Below are positions 34,907-44,072 of a stretch of DNA of 48,803 bases, piece by piece. Positions within the stretch are counted from its first letter, which is position 1. Each line of letters starts with the position of its first letter. The translations under genes were made by a program, and so were the position numbers. This DNA is from a virus. Lineage: Duplodnaviria > Caudoviricetes. The DNA is taken from the IMG/VR virus record IMGVR_UViG_3300035014_000025, positions 1-48,803 of that record. One strand, given 5' to 3'. The notes under the pieces were generated by a model. The model searched no databases, was not told the origin of the DNA, and saw only the letters and a program-made list of their open reading frames with translations.

Positions 34907-36300
34907 ACATCGCGACCGCAAGCACCCGCAACGCTCTCTTCGTCAAGCTGCGCCAGGCCATGGCGGCCCAAGGGCGGCCGCTATACAACCGCCCGTACAA
35001 GGGGCCGGTCGCTTGGGTAACCGCCACCGCCTACAAGTCTGGCGATGTGGTCAAAAACAGTGCATCTCCGGCGCAATGGTACGTTGCAGCAAACTCCGGC
35101 ACTTCTGGAGGCACCGAGCCGACCCACGTCACCGGTTCCGCTACGACTGACGGCGGGGTGCTCTGGACACACATCTGCGGTCGCGTGGGCGATGCTGCTG
35201 ACGACCCGGATGCGCCGACGATAGTTGACACCGGCAGCGCTTCAACTCCATCAGGTCTGACGGCATTGGACGTGTGGGCCAACCGGAACCTGTTCCGGTT
35301 CCGTGGTTGCTATGACGTGTCGGCATTTGCGACCAACCGAATGACCTTGGGGGTCTTCAGCCGAGCATCGGGCCAGGTACTCGCGGGCGGAGCGTCGCTC
35401 GCGTTTTGGTCCGACGCCCTGAAGATCGGGTTCGAGGCCCCCTCCGGGACACCTGCGCCGGGCATTCATGTCGATGGGCGCCCCGTGCGCCTCGGCGCCG
35501 GTGTAGCTAACGCCCCGGCTGGCAACTACTACTCCACCCTGGAATGGGCAGGGCGTCGTCCTCGGCTTTACGAGGTGTATTTCCGCCGCGGCTGCAACCT
35601 GTTCATGCAGATCGCATCAACGTCGATTGACCAGTTCTGGCCCGAGAAGCCGGCGGTAGACGTGCGCGGGATCTTCCTGGGGGACAGCTATCTCGACGGT
35701 TCGAGCTACGGCCCGTTCCTGCCGGGGAACACGTTGTCAGAAGCAATCGGACGCCTCACTGGCGTGACCGACATGTGGAATTACGGCGTCGGGGGTACTG
35801 GTATCGTCAATCCTGGCGCCGGCCCATATTACACCTATGTGCAGCGCGTTCCCGAGTTGCTGACCCGCAATCCGGACGTGATCTGGATTTATGGCTCGAC
35901 CAACGACGTCGGCTACACCGCGCAGCAAGTTTACGACGCTGCCTACGCTCTCCTCGCTGCAATTCGCGCCGGGTCCAACGCGCCGATCTTCTGGATCGGG
36001 CCAGCGCCTCTCTCGACCAACTATTCGGGCATCCAGACGGTGGACACGCAAATCGCTGCCGCTGTGGCAGCTTTTGCAACCGCTTCATCGCCCACACCCG
36101 CCCGCGTCTACTACAAGAGCATGGTGACCGACGCGCCACCGTGGATCACGGGCGCGCACAACAACGGTTCGTATACTTGGTCGAGCAACATCGCCCAGTA
36201 CATTGGGGGCGACAATACGCACCCGGTGGACAAGGGCACCGACTACCTCGCTGACCGGGCCGCTCGGTGGTACGCCGAGACGTTGAAGCTGGCCGCCTAG
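34903..36300 (+). CDS. SGNH/GDSL esterase, probable tail spike
   Basis: FLGDSY, GVGGTG, GSTND, DNTHP blocks; N-terminal WVTATAYKSGD module also found in the tail fibre. Confidence 0.8.
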   Translation: MNIATASTRNALFVKLRQAMAAQGRPLYNRPYKGPVAWVTATAYKSGDVVKNSASPAQWYVAANSGTSGGTEPTHVTGSATTDGGVLWTHICGRVGDAADDPDAPTIVDTGSASTPSGLTALDVWANRNLFRFRGCYDVSAFATNRMTLGVFSRASGQVLAGGASLAFWSDALKIGFEAPSGTPAPGIHVDGRPVRLGAGVANAPAGNYYSTLEWAGRRPRLYEVYFRRGCNLFMQIASTSIDQFWPEKPAVDVRGIFLGDSYLDGSSYGPFLPGNTLSEAIGRLTGVTDMWNYGVGGTGIVNPGAGPYYTYVQRVPELLTRNPDVIWIYGSTNDVGYTAQQVYDAAYALLAAIRAGSNAPIFWIGPAPLSTNYSGIQTVDTQIAAAVAAFATASSPTPARVYYKSMVTDAPPWITGAHNNGSYTWSSNIAQYIGGDNTHPVDKGTDYLADRAARWYAETLKLAA

Positions 36301-37154
36301 AGCCAGCCCTTCGACTTAACCTCGGTGACGATGGCCTCGGCCATCGCTTCAAGCGGTGCCTGCCCAAGATGTACGGTGTCGGTGTCAGGTTTGGCGTACT
36401 GATCCGTCGCAATGACACCATTGGCATTAGGGATAATCGGGCGCCAATCGAGAGTATTTTTCGGCCACTTCGCCTTCAGCAAGTCGGTGACCATCTGCTC
36501 GGTGGCTGCACCGACCTCCCCAGGATGCGCCGGCAGGACGATGAGAAAGTGATCGTGACCCAGCGCCTCGATGCCGGTGGCTAGCTTTTCGACGTAGGCG
36601 GCCGCGTCGGTGGCGCCATTGATCGAGCCATCCCAGAAAATGGTGACCTCATTCAGCAGGGCCTTGTTCGCCGGATCGACGATGCGGTCGACTTCTTCGT
36701 CGACGGTGGAACTGCCGACCGCCGTGTTGGTGACCTTGGTCTTGAGTTGCTTGGCGAGCATGTCGGTCAGCCGGAAACCGTAAGCACCGTTCATATAGCT
36801 GTCGCCTTCAGTGCGAACGAACGACGAAAGATAAGTCCGAGGCTTGCTCTGCTCTTCGCGAATGCGAGCCCACTTCTGTTGCTCAGCGCTTTTGACGGTC
36901 AGGCCGTTCCCGTTGTCCACTGTCATAAGGTCGCCGGCTACGAAGCCAGTGCCTTTGATAAGGCAGTAAGCACCTTCGGCGAAGCAAACATCTACGGCGA
37001 CCTGCGTTCCAGGCGAAAGAGACCCAACTGCTTCGGCGCCCTGCTGAGGCGCAGCTCTCACAGTAGCGTTTGCGTTGATGGTTGCGTGGTAGTCGACCGC
37101 AAGGGCCGCCGACGACGACAGGAAAAGCGCCAAAGCGGCAAGGATAGACTTCAA
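36297..37154 (-). CDS. Secreted SH3b + SGNH esterase (moron-like)
   Basis: GGAGG RBS, TTG 37154; signal peptide (M)KSILAALALFLSSSAALA; ANATVRAAP SH3b-like region; EGDSY, GSIN, DTVH. Confidence 0.75.
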   Translation of the reverse strand: MKSILAALALFLSSSAALAVDYHATINANATVRAAPQQGAEAVGSLSPGTQVAVDVCFAEGAYCLIKGTGFVAGDLMTVDNGNGLTVKSAEQQKWARIREEQSKPRTYLSSFVRTEGDSYMNGAYGFRLTDMLAKQLKTKVTNTAVGSSTVDEEVDRIVDPANKALLNEVTIFWDGSINGATDAAAYVEKLATGIEALGHDHFLIVLPAHPGEVGAATEQMVTDLLKAKWPKNTLDWRPIIPNANGVIATDQYAKPDTDTVHLGQAPLEAMAEAIVTEVKSKGWL

Positions 37155-37261
37155 GGTCGCCTCCAGAATTGCGGCGAACACTAGTGGATCACGGCGTTTG
37201 CTTCAATTGCGGCGGATGCACGCCTGCCACCCCCACGCCCTAGGACAATGTGTGGGGTCTG

Positions 37262-39502
37262 TCAGTCCTTTCGATACCGCTTGCCGCGCCATCCTGACGC
37301 GGTGAGCGGCAAGCCCTCGGCCCACGCCGGCAGCTCGCAGATCAGCCGCTCGAACTCCGCGACCGACCCGAAGCCCTTCGGCACTTCGGTCAGGATCTCG
37401 TCGTAGACGTGAGCGATTATCTCGTACCCCGCGGAGTCGGCCTTCAGCATGCCGTTTACGAGGATGTCGCGGGCCGTCGCCTGAGTGTTGTTCTCGCAGA
37501 TGATGCCGCCGTAGAGCGCGTACCGCTCCCACTTCTTCGTCACCGCATTGACGCCCAGCACCGTGACCTTGGCGCTCGTCGTGCCCTCGATCTTCACCGT
37601 GCCGCGCCGCTCGCCGGCTTCCGCCGCATCGCGATCCATGACCTCGCTGTCGGCCCACGTCCCGTCGGGCAGTTCGATCCGCGCCCAGACCTGGTCCTTG
37701 AGCCGTGGCGAGCCATAGGCAAGGCAGCGGCCGGACGGCAGTTGCGCCCACAGGAAGCCCTGGGCGACCCGGTAGCGCGTCCGGGCGGCCTCAGTGATCG
37801 AGCCGGGGTTCTGCACCGCCTCGCGCACCGCCGTCTCGAGGTCGCGCCACGAGCGCGTAATGGCCGAATTTGCCGCCCGCCAGCCCAGCTTGACGACCTC
37901 GCAGGCGATCCACGCGTCCTTGCTGAGAATGGTCGTGCCGCTGCGGCCGCGCTGCATCTCGCTCTCGTACCGTTTCGCTGCTTTGGCCAGCCGCTCCTCG
38001 TCGGCCTGGGCGAGAATGGCAGGCGCCAGCCCTTCGAGGTTCACGCCATAGCCACGCGCGAAGGTGACGAACGCCATGACGCCACCGCCATAGGAAAGGC
38101 CGAGCTCGGCGGGCTTGCCGACCGCCTGCCGCGCCCAATGCTTCTTCGTGACCTCCTCTACGGGCAGCCCGAGGATCGCCGCCGCGGTGCGCCGGTACAT
38201 ATCGGGCAGCGACGGGTCGGCGATCAGCTCGCGGATCGCCTCCAGCTTCCATTCCTCGCCGGCCAGCCACGCAACGACGTTGCCCTCGATATTGCTGTAG
38301 TCGGCCTGCACCAGGTCACGCCCCGGCGCCGCCCAGATGAAGCCGCGGATCGCGTCGCTTATCAGGTGGAGCGGTCGGCCCAGATCGCCCTCGTAGAGGT
38401 AGCGCAGCACGTCGGGGTCTTCGGAGCGGAAGGCCTGGAACAACGTGTCGGTGCGCAGATGCGCGTCCTCGTAGAGCTTCCTCGGGCGAGGAAGATTGGC
38501 CAGATTGACGCCGGTCGAGATCCAGCGCCCCGTCGATGCGCCGTGATACATGAAGCCGCCACGGACGCGGCTGTCCGGGCTCGATCGGTTAAGCATGGCT
38601 TGAAGTTTCGAGACCGAAGTCTTCGCGGCCTCCTGCCGAACTTCTAGCGCCTTTCGGACATGCGCCGGCAGATCGTCGGCCGCCAGCAGATCGGTGATCT
38701 CAGCCTTTGCCGCCGAGTTTAGGACTACGCCTTGCCCCTGCACCCACTCGATGAGCTTGCCGGGCTGAGAGCAAGCCGGAACGGCGCCGCCTGTGATGGC
38801 GCGCATCTCCTGATCCATGCCGCGCTTCGCCTTATCGGCGATGACCAGAGCGGCCCGCGCCGAACGTGTGTCGATGCGAACGCCGCTCGAATTGATCTTG
38901 GCGTCAAGCACGGCGACGCGGCGCTCGAAGTCGGACAGAGGCACCAGCCGGCGCTTCGCCAGCCGTTCGACGGCCACGTCGTCGCCGCAATAGCTGACGA
39001 ACTTGGCGAAATCCTCGGGGTGGTCCTCCGGCTCGTTCCAATAGAGGCCAGGCGGCTCGTCCTTGCGGGGCTTGCGCGGCATCGAGAACTTGCGGATCAG
39101 CCGAATACCCTCCTTGTCCTTCTTGACCGGCAGATCGAGCACTTCGGCAGCGGAGCCTAGCGAGCGCGGCAAGGACATAGCCGCTGCGGCGTGCATCGTG
39201 TCGTCATACTGATCGAGGCGCGGAACCGGCCAGCCGTAGCGAGGGCCAAGCACGGCGTCGAAGGCCAAACGCTCGAAGCCAAAGACGTTCCAGCCGCTAA
39301 CCTTGCCGCCGGCCTCGATATGGGCACGGACCTCGGGCGGGCACGGCATGCCGCGCAACCACGTACCGATGGGGCCGTCGTCGAGAGCGTAGCGGACGAT
39401 CAGCACGTCGGTGTTCGGGCTCTCAAAATAGACATACGAACCGCACGTCTTCAGGTCGATGTCGGATCGGGTCTCGTCGTCGGCAAAAAGTAGGTCAGAC
39501 AT
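37262..39502 (-). CDS. Family A DNA polymerase (phage type)
   Basis: DDET/WNVFGFER/YCGDD exonuclease motifs, GASTGRW, DYSNIE, RQAVGKPAELGLSYG, ENNTQATARD, HVYDE. Confidence 0.92.
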   Translation of the reverse strand: MSDLLFADDETRSDIDLKTCGSYVYFESPNTDVLIVRYALDDGPIGTWLRGMPCPPEVRAHIEAGGKVSGWNVFGFERLAFDAVLGPRYGWPVPRLDQYDDTMHAAAAMSLPRSLGSAAEVLDLPVKKDKEGIRLIRKFSMPRKPRKDEPPGLYWNEPEDHPEDFAKFVSYCGDDVAVERLAKRRLVPLSDFERRVAVLDAKINSSGVRIDTRSARAALVIADKAKRGMDQEMRAITGGAVPACSQPGKLIEWVQGQGVVLNSAAKAEITDLLAADDLPAHVRKALEVRQEAAKTSVSKLQAMLNRSSPDSRVRGGFMYHGASTGRWISTGVNLANLPRPRKLYEDAHLRTDTLFQAFRSEDPDVLRYLYEGDLGRPLHLISDAIRGFIWAAPGRDLVQADYSNIEGNVVAWLAGEEWKLEAIRELIADPSLPDMYRRTAAAILGLPVEEVTKKHWARQAVGKPAELGLSYGGGVMAFVTFARGYGVNLEGLAPAILAQADEERLAKAAKRYESEMQRGRSGTTILSKDAWIACEVVKLGWRAANSAITRSWRDLETAVREAVQNPGSITEAARTRYRVAQGFLWAQLPSGRCLAYGSPRLKDQVWARIELPDGTWADSEVMDRDAAEAGERRGTVKIEGTTSAKVTVLGVNAVTKKWERYALYGGIICENNTQATARDILVNGMLKADSAGYEIIAHVYDEILTEVPKGFGSVAEFERLICELPAWAEGLPLTASGWRGKRYRKD

Positions 39503-40037
39503 GCTGCCAGTTCTCCCGGCGCTTAATACGGCTTATTTGCTCACGGCTGACGCCGAACCGCTCCGCAATGTCGTGGTGAAATCCGCTCGCGGCCCTTATC
39601 TCGATGACCTGGGCAGCGGTCAGCTTGTGCTGGGCGATCCGTTCCCCTACGGCTAGCGTGCCGGCAATCCGACTATCCTCGCGGTTCAAGCTTCGGGCGC
39701 CGTATAGAAGGTTGTCGGCCCGGTTATTGAGGTTGTCGCAATCGCGATGGCGAACCTCTTCGCCGGCCGGGCACGGTCCGATGAAGGCCTCGGCTACGAC
39801 CGTATGGACAGTCCGTGTGTCCGTTACGCCGAGCGCGGAGAACACGACGGCGAAATAGTGGTGCGTTCCAATGTGCTGGCAGAGCACGCGGCCCTTCCAG
39901 CGTTTCCAGAAATGCGTCCCGGCCTTGGTTCTAGCCGGAACCAGCCGGTCAAGCGATCGGACGCGCCCGAGGTTCGATACCTCGTAGGCGCCCTCATAGC
40001 CGACGACCGGCCTCCATATCTCTGCCGGGGCGCTCAC
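39495..40037 (-). CDS. NUMOD4-HNH homing endonuclease
   Basis: EIWRPVVGYEGAYEVSNLGRVRS; VHTVVAEAF...VRHRDCDNLNNRADNL; C-terminal HTH. Confidence 0.9.
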   Translation of the reverse strand: MSAPAEIWRPVVGYEGAYEVSNLGRVRSLDRLVPARTKAGTHFWKRWKGRVLCQHIGTHHYFAVVFSALGVTDTRTVHTVVAEAFIGPCPAGEEVRHRDCDNLNNRADNLLYGARSLNREDSRIAGTLAVGERIAQHKLTAAQVIEIRAASGFHHDIAERFGVSREQISRIKRRENWQHV

Positions 40038-40144
40038 CAGCGCGCTCCCAGCCAGACGATGGCCTCGATGACGCCGACGACGGCGAGCCAGGCGAGCACG
40101 GCTAAAATCAGGACGACGAGGCCGTTAGGGAGACGCAGTCTCAT
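40034..40144 (-). CDS. Small membrane peptide (36 aa)
   Basis: ATG 40144 coupled to the upstream stop; single hydrophobic helix. Confidence 0.5.
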   Translation of the reverse strand: MRLRLPNGLVVLILAVLAWLAVVGVIEAIVWLGARW

Positions 40145-40359
40145 GAGAAAATGTCCTTCTCGTCCTTGGTGTCGGTCGTCGTCCCAGACAGCACGCGGCG
40201 CAGCGCCTCGACCGGATCGTCGTCGGTCGCCACGTTCCACCCGATGCGGTCCTCGGTCGTGCTGGCCTGCCAGCGGGCGCCGCTGGGCCAGAGCGTCAGT
40301 CCGGCGAGACGGCCGCTGCGGGCCGCCTCGCCGATGAGTTTTTCGAGTGGGGTGCTCAT
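40141..40359 (-). CDS. Hypothetical protein
   Basis: 72 aa, coupled at both ends, ends DIFS. Confidence 0.6.
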   Translation of the reverse strand: MSTPLEKLIGEAARSGRLAGLTLWPSGARWQASTTEDRIGWNVATDDDPVEALRRVLSGTTTDTKDEKDIFS

Positions 40360-40508
40360 GGCGCACCGAAGGCGATGGCGAGCAGGCCCACGAACAGCAC
40401 GACCAGGCAGAAGCCTTGATAGGCCACCACGAGCCAGTCGGGCACTTCGACGATGTGCTTGATCGTCTGGAGGGGCAGCCGGTAGCGCTTGACCACGATC
40501 TCGCGCAT
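40356..40508 (-). CDS. Small membrane protein (50 aa, not in the ORF track)
   Basis: [12 protein letters not shown]...FCLVVLFVGLLAIAFGAP; TAATG and ATGA overlaps. Confidence 0.55.
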   Translation of the reverse strand: MREIVVKRYRLPLQTIKHIVEVPDWLVVAYQGFCLVVLFVGLLAIAFGAP

Positions 40509-40792
40509 TAGCCGAAGATGCCTTCCATACCCAGCGCGGCCAGGTACAGCTCGAGGAGGGCCTGCTGCTCCATCAGCTCGTTGCGGTCGCGCTTGCGGAT
40601 CGCCACGATCTTGCGGAGCACCTTCGTGTCGAAGCCGTTGCCCTTGGCCTCGGCGTAGACCTCCTTGATGTCGAGCGCGATCGTCGCCTTCTCGTCTTCG
40701 AGCCGTTCGATGCGCTCGATGAAGGCCCTGATCTGGTCGGCCGATACGGTCTGGCTGTTGTCGCCGCCCGCGATGTCGGGGTTGTCAGCCAT
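40508..40792 (-). CDS. gapR: GapR/DUF2312 DNA-binding protein
   Basis: [17 protein letters not shown]...[28 protein letters not shown]...LYLAALGM. Confidence 0.9.
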   Translation of the reverse strand: MADNPDIAGGDNSQTVSADQIRAFIERIERLEDEKATIALDIKEVYAEAKGNGFDTKVLRKIVAIRKRDRNELMEQQALLELYLAALGMEGIFG

Positions 40793-41122
40793 TTACCAGC
40801 CCCCGCCGGCCTGCTGCGCGGCGCCGCTGACGGTCGATTTGACCGACGGCGATAGCGTGTTTTCGAGTTCGCCGAGCGCGAAGGCGGTGTTGCTGAGACG
40901 GCGTTCAAGCTCGTCGAGCATCGAGCGCAGCGTGTCCACGCGGCCATATGGCTCGTCGCCGGTCGACGCATTCTCGTTGGGCGTCGGGAAGGGGCCGCTG
41001 AGCGACGAAGCGGCCTCATAGGCCCGCGACGCGTTACGGCCAGCGGCATCGATGAGCTGGGCCAGCCGGTCCATCTGCTCGCTGAGAGTGGTGCGCCCGC
41101 GAGGGGCAGAAGTAGTGTTCAT
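40793..41122 (-). CDS. Hypothetical coiled-coil protein
   Basis: GGAG RBS, 109 aa. Confidence 0.6.
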   Translation of the reverse strand: MNTTSAPRGRTTLSEQMDRLAQLIDAAGRNASRAYEAASSLSGPFPTPNENASTGDEPYGRVDTLRSMLDELERRLSNTAFALGELENTLSPSVKSTVSGAAQQAGGGW

Positions 41123-41149
41123 TTGTCAGTCTCCGTTGTTGAGGGTCAG

Positions 41150-41173
41150 CACTGGCCGACATGTCGGCCAGTG
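41150..41173. promoter_or_regulatory. Perfect 24-bp palindrome
   Basis: CACTGGCCGACA-TGTCGGCCAGTG, intergenic after the SSB gene. Confidence 0.6.
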
Positions 41174-41198
41174 TCGTTCGTCATTTCAGACAGATGGC

Positions 41199-41816
41199 TC
41201 AGCCGAAAAGGCCGCCGGCGCCCTGCCCGCTCTTGGTCTCGGCGGGGGCTTCGCCCTCGTCTTCGATCTTCTCGGCCCACTTGTCGACATCGACGCCGCC
41301 ACCGCCGCCGAGACGGTCGCCGTCCTTGGCCTTCTGGATCATCGAGACGCCGAAGGAGATGCCCTTGCCGTTCTCCTTGTTCTCCCAGGTGAAGGCGTTG
41401 ACGACGGCGTAGCCGTAGCAGCCCGAGTAGAGCTCGTCCTTGCTGGTGATCGGCAGCACCTTCTGGTTGACCAGCTTGGGCCGGTATTCCTCGCCGGAGA
41501 TCACGCGGATGAACGTCGAGCCGGGGAAGCCGGCATGGGCTTCGCCGGTCTGCTTGTTCTTGCCCTGCTTGCTGTCGCCGTCGAGGAAGGGGTTCTTGAT
41601 GATCTCGTTCTTAATCATCTCGATCGCCTTGTCGCCCCACTCCAGCTTGGCGGCTTCGAGCGCCGCATTCTGGAGGGCCGACAGGTCGGTGCCCTTCGGC
41701 CACAGCAGCGAGCAGCCGTACTGCTTCTTGCCGTTGTCCCGCTGCTGCGGGGTGAAAAGGTTGTCCGCGAACGCGATGCGCGCCAGCGGGGTCTTCAGGT
41801 CTTCGCTCCGAGCCAA
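41199..41816 (-). CDS. Single-stranded DNA-binding protein (DUF2815/gp2.5-like)
   Basis: Start moved to TTG 41816 (AAGGAGG RBS); NPFLDGD, ELYSGCY, KGISFG...IQKAKDGDRLGG. Confidence 0.85.
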   Translation of the reverse strand: MARSEDLKTPLARIAFADNLFTPQQRDNGKKQYGCSLLWPKGTDLSALQNAALEAAKLEWGDKAIEMIKNEIIKNPFLDGDSKQGKNKQTGEAHAGFPGSTFIRVISGEEYRPKLVNQKVLPITSKDELYSGCYGYAVVNAFTWENKENGKGISFGVSMIQKAKDGDRLGGGGGVDVDKWAEKIEDEGEAPAETKSGQGAGGLFG

Positions 41817-41827
41817 AATGGCCTCCT

Positions 41828-43165
41828 TTATTCGAGCACGTTGAAGTGTTGGTGGACGGCAGCGGGGACCGCCGGCCGGGTCGATTTCTCCGACGCCACG
41901 AGGTTCGTGCCGCGGACGGGCCGTTCGACGATGCCGTCGAGCGCTCCCTTTTTCTTGGCGCCCAGCGCCTTCTCGGCCTGGGCGGGGCTGACCAGCTTGC
42001 GGACGTAGATGCGGTCGTCGGTCAGGCCGGCGAGCGCGAGCGCCCCCGCGACCTGTTCCTCCGGCACGCTCCACGCCCGGTTGCCGATCTCCTCGACCAG
42101 CTGGTAGCCGGGGATGTCGACGCCGCTCTCGGCCTGCCCGTGGGCGTAGCTGCGGACGGCGTTGCACCATTCCTTGATCATGCCGAGCATCCCGAGGGTC
42201 TCGGCCAGCTTTTCCGGGCTCATTGCGTCCGGAGTGTTGGACAGGCGCGGCTGGTCGAGATCGTCAAACCAGACACCCGCCGCGTCGGTGGCGCGCCGCT
42301 CGAGCGCCGGGCAGAAGCCCGCCGCCTTGCAGAACTTGCAGTGGTCGCCGGCCTTCAGGTAGGTCGAGTTCCACTCCGCCACCGACATGCCTTCCTGACG
42401 ATCCTCGTTTGACCACCGCGTGATGTCGGCGAGGTTCCGCCGGTCGAGCTTCGGCCGCTTTGCGATCTGCTTGGCCGCGTCGGCAGAGCGGTGCATCGCC
42501 GCCACCAGGTCGGTCGTCCACTCCGCCAGATCGGCGACGTGGAAGGTCTCCGACCGGATCCGCCCGCTCTTGTGGGGAGCGCGCGGCTGGACGATCGTCA
42601 CCATGACCTGTTCGACGCGGAGGTCCGAGTTGGCCAGCATGGCGCCGAGGGCATACGTGCGGAGCTGCGGATTGCCCACAACCTCGACGACATGACCGCG
42701 GCCGCCCTTGAGATCGATGACGTGCAGCTTCTTCTCGGCCGGGTAGTAGATGACCGCGTCGGCCGTGCCGCCCGCCTCGAAAGGCGGGTTGAGCGAGGCC
42801 AGCGTGAAGTGCTGCTCGACCTTGAGCAGATCGGCCGGGTTCGCATTCGGGGGCGCGGCTTCGATCGCCGACTTGCGCACGAAGTCCACATAGACCTGCG
42901 CCGTGTCGGCCATCTCGTCGTCGACCTCGAACTCGTACTTCTTGCCCTTCTGCGTGGTGCCGATGAACCCGGAGGCCTGCACACCATCGAGAATGCACTT
43001 CTCGGCGATCTGGTGCGCGCAGGTTCCCCAATCGGCGGCCTCGCTCGTCTTCTCGGGCAGGCCGTCGGTCAGGGCGAGTGCGCCCGGACAGTTCCAGTTG
43101 CGCTCGGTCGCCGAGGCAGACCATTGGGCGTGGTCGCGGGCTCCGTGGTCACTGAGCTCGGCCAT
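41828..43165 (-). CDS. DUF2800/Cas4-like PD-(D/E)XK exonuclease
   Basis: SAS...W-NCPG, GTADAV...VIDLKGG, NPQLRTYALG, HCKFCKA---CP. Confidence 0.85.
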   Translation of the reverse strand: MAELSDHGARDHAQWSASATERNWNCPGALALTDGLPEKTSEAADWGTCAHQIAEKCILDGVQASGFIGTTQKGKKYEFEVDDEMADTAQVYVDFVRKSAIEAAPPNANPADLLKVEQHFTLASLNPPFEAGGTADAVIYYPAEKKLHVIDLKGGRGHVVEVVGNPQLRTYALGAMLANSDLRVEQVMVTIVQPRAPHKSGRIRSETFHVADLAEWTTDLVAAMHRSADAAKQIAKRPKLDRRNLADITRWSNEDRQEGMSVAEWNSTYLKAGDHCKFCKAAGFCPALERRATDAAGVWFDDLDQPRLSNTPDAMSPEKLAETLGMLGMIKEWCNAVRSYAHGQAESGVDIPGYQLVEEIGNRAWSVPEEQVAGALALAGLTDDRIYVRKLVSPAQAEKALGAKKKGALDGIVERPVRGTNLVASEKSTRPAVPAAVHQHFNVLE

Positions 43166-43521
43166 CAGAACGCCTTGCCGCCGGCCTTCAGCCGCGCCTC
43201 ATGAGTGTGGTCGGCGCGCGTCGCGTTGAACGCCATCTTCTCGTCGAACGCGCCCTGGAGGTCGTACCCGAAGGCGCCTGCGTAGTCGAAGATGCGGATC
43301 ATGGCGTCGACCAGTTCGACTTCAGCCATACGCCGATGCGGCAGCTTGTCGTCCATGAGGTTCTTCCGCTCGCCCTCCATCGCCTCGGAAATCTCCGAGT
43401 GGATGAGACAGAGCAGTTCGCCCTTGTTGCGTTCGATCCGCTCGCCGGTGGCGGGGTTCTGCCACCACTTGGCGTTGGCGGCGTGGCAAATGCGGGCCAG
43501 TTCGTTGAGGTCCGCCATCAC
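43165..43521 (-). CDS. MazG-like NTP pyrophosphohydrolase
   Basis: LIHSEISEAMEGERK...EVELVDAMIRIFD...EKMAFN. Confidence 0.8.
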   Translation of the reverse strand: MMADLNELARICHAANAKWWQNPATGERIERNKGELLCLIHSEISEAMEGERKNLMDDKLPHRRMAEVELVDAMIRIFDYAGAFGYDLQGAFDEKMAFNATRADHTHEARLKAGGKAF

Positions 43522-44072
43522 GACACCTTCGTCCGCTCATCCTTGCCGGCCGCCGCGAGCCACGCGTCGCGGCACGCCGCGAGCTTGGCCTGGTCGGCAG
43601 GCAGGATCGACAGCTTCCAGTACGGCGCGCCAGCAGGCGGAGCGCCCAGCACGGACTTGAAGATGCCGGGGCCGTCTTCCTGGGTGGCTGGCACCTCGAA
43701 CCTCGCCACGTACTTGCTAATCGCCGCCTTCACGTCTTCGACGGTGACGGGTTTGTCGGGCACCTGCTCCGAAGCGGTCTCCTCGGCCTCGTCAGCCGCG
43801 TCCTGCGCTTCGTCCTCGGGGTTCTGCGGGTCGATGCGGTTCTCGGGATCGGTCGAGATCGCCAGCTTGGCGTCGGCCCCCGCAGCGACTTCCTCGGCCT
43901 TCGGCTTGCGCGAGCGGGTGGCCTTGGTGGGCTCGGCGGCTACAGGCGCCGATACGGAAGCCGCGGGCGTCGGCGCGACCGGCGTCAGTGCCGTCGTACC
44001 CTTGGCGAACACTGCCAGTTCGTTGAGAGCATCTTCGGCGGTTGCGCCGAAAATTTCGATCTTCACGGTCAT
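43518..44072 (-). CDS. Hypothetical protein (replication module)
   Basis: ATG 44072 coupled to the helicase stop; Ala/Glu/Pro-rich linker. Confidence 0.65.
   Translation of the reverse strand: MTVKIEIFGATAEDALNELAVFAKGTTALTPVAPTPAASVSAPVAAEPTKATRSRKPKAEEVAAGADAKLAISTDPENRIDPQNPEDEAQDAADEAEETASEQVPDKPVTVEDVKAAISKYVARFEVPATQEDGPGIFKSVLGAPPAGAPYWKLSILPADQAKLAACRDAWLAAAGKDERTKVS

Noticed and set aside
39495-40037. Group I intron around the HNH gene (and around the GIY-YIG gene)
   Set aside because: Both overlap intact neighbours directly, leaving no non-coding room for a ribozyme core
41817-42170. N-terminal extensions in the ORF track (SSB, TerL, portal, Cro and others)
   Set aside because: They overlap upstream genes or regulatory DNA; downstream starts have better RBS or coupling
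43165-43521. Z-genome (2-aminoadenine) pathway
   Set aside because: No PurZ or DatZ-like gene seen in the window
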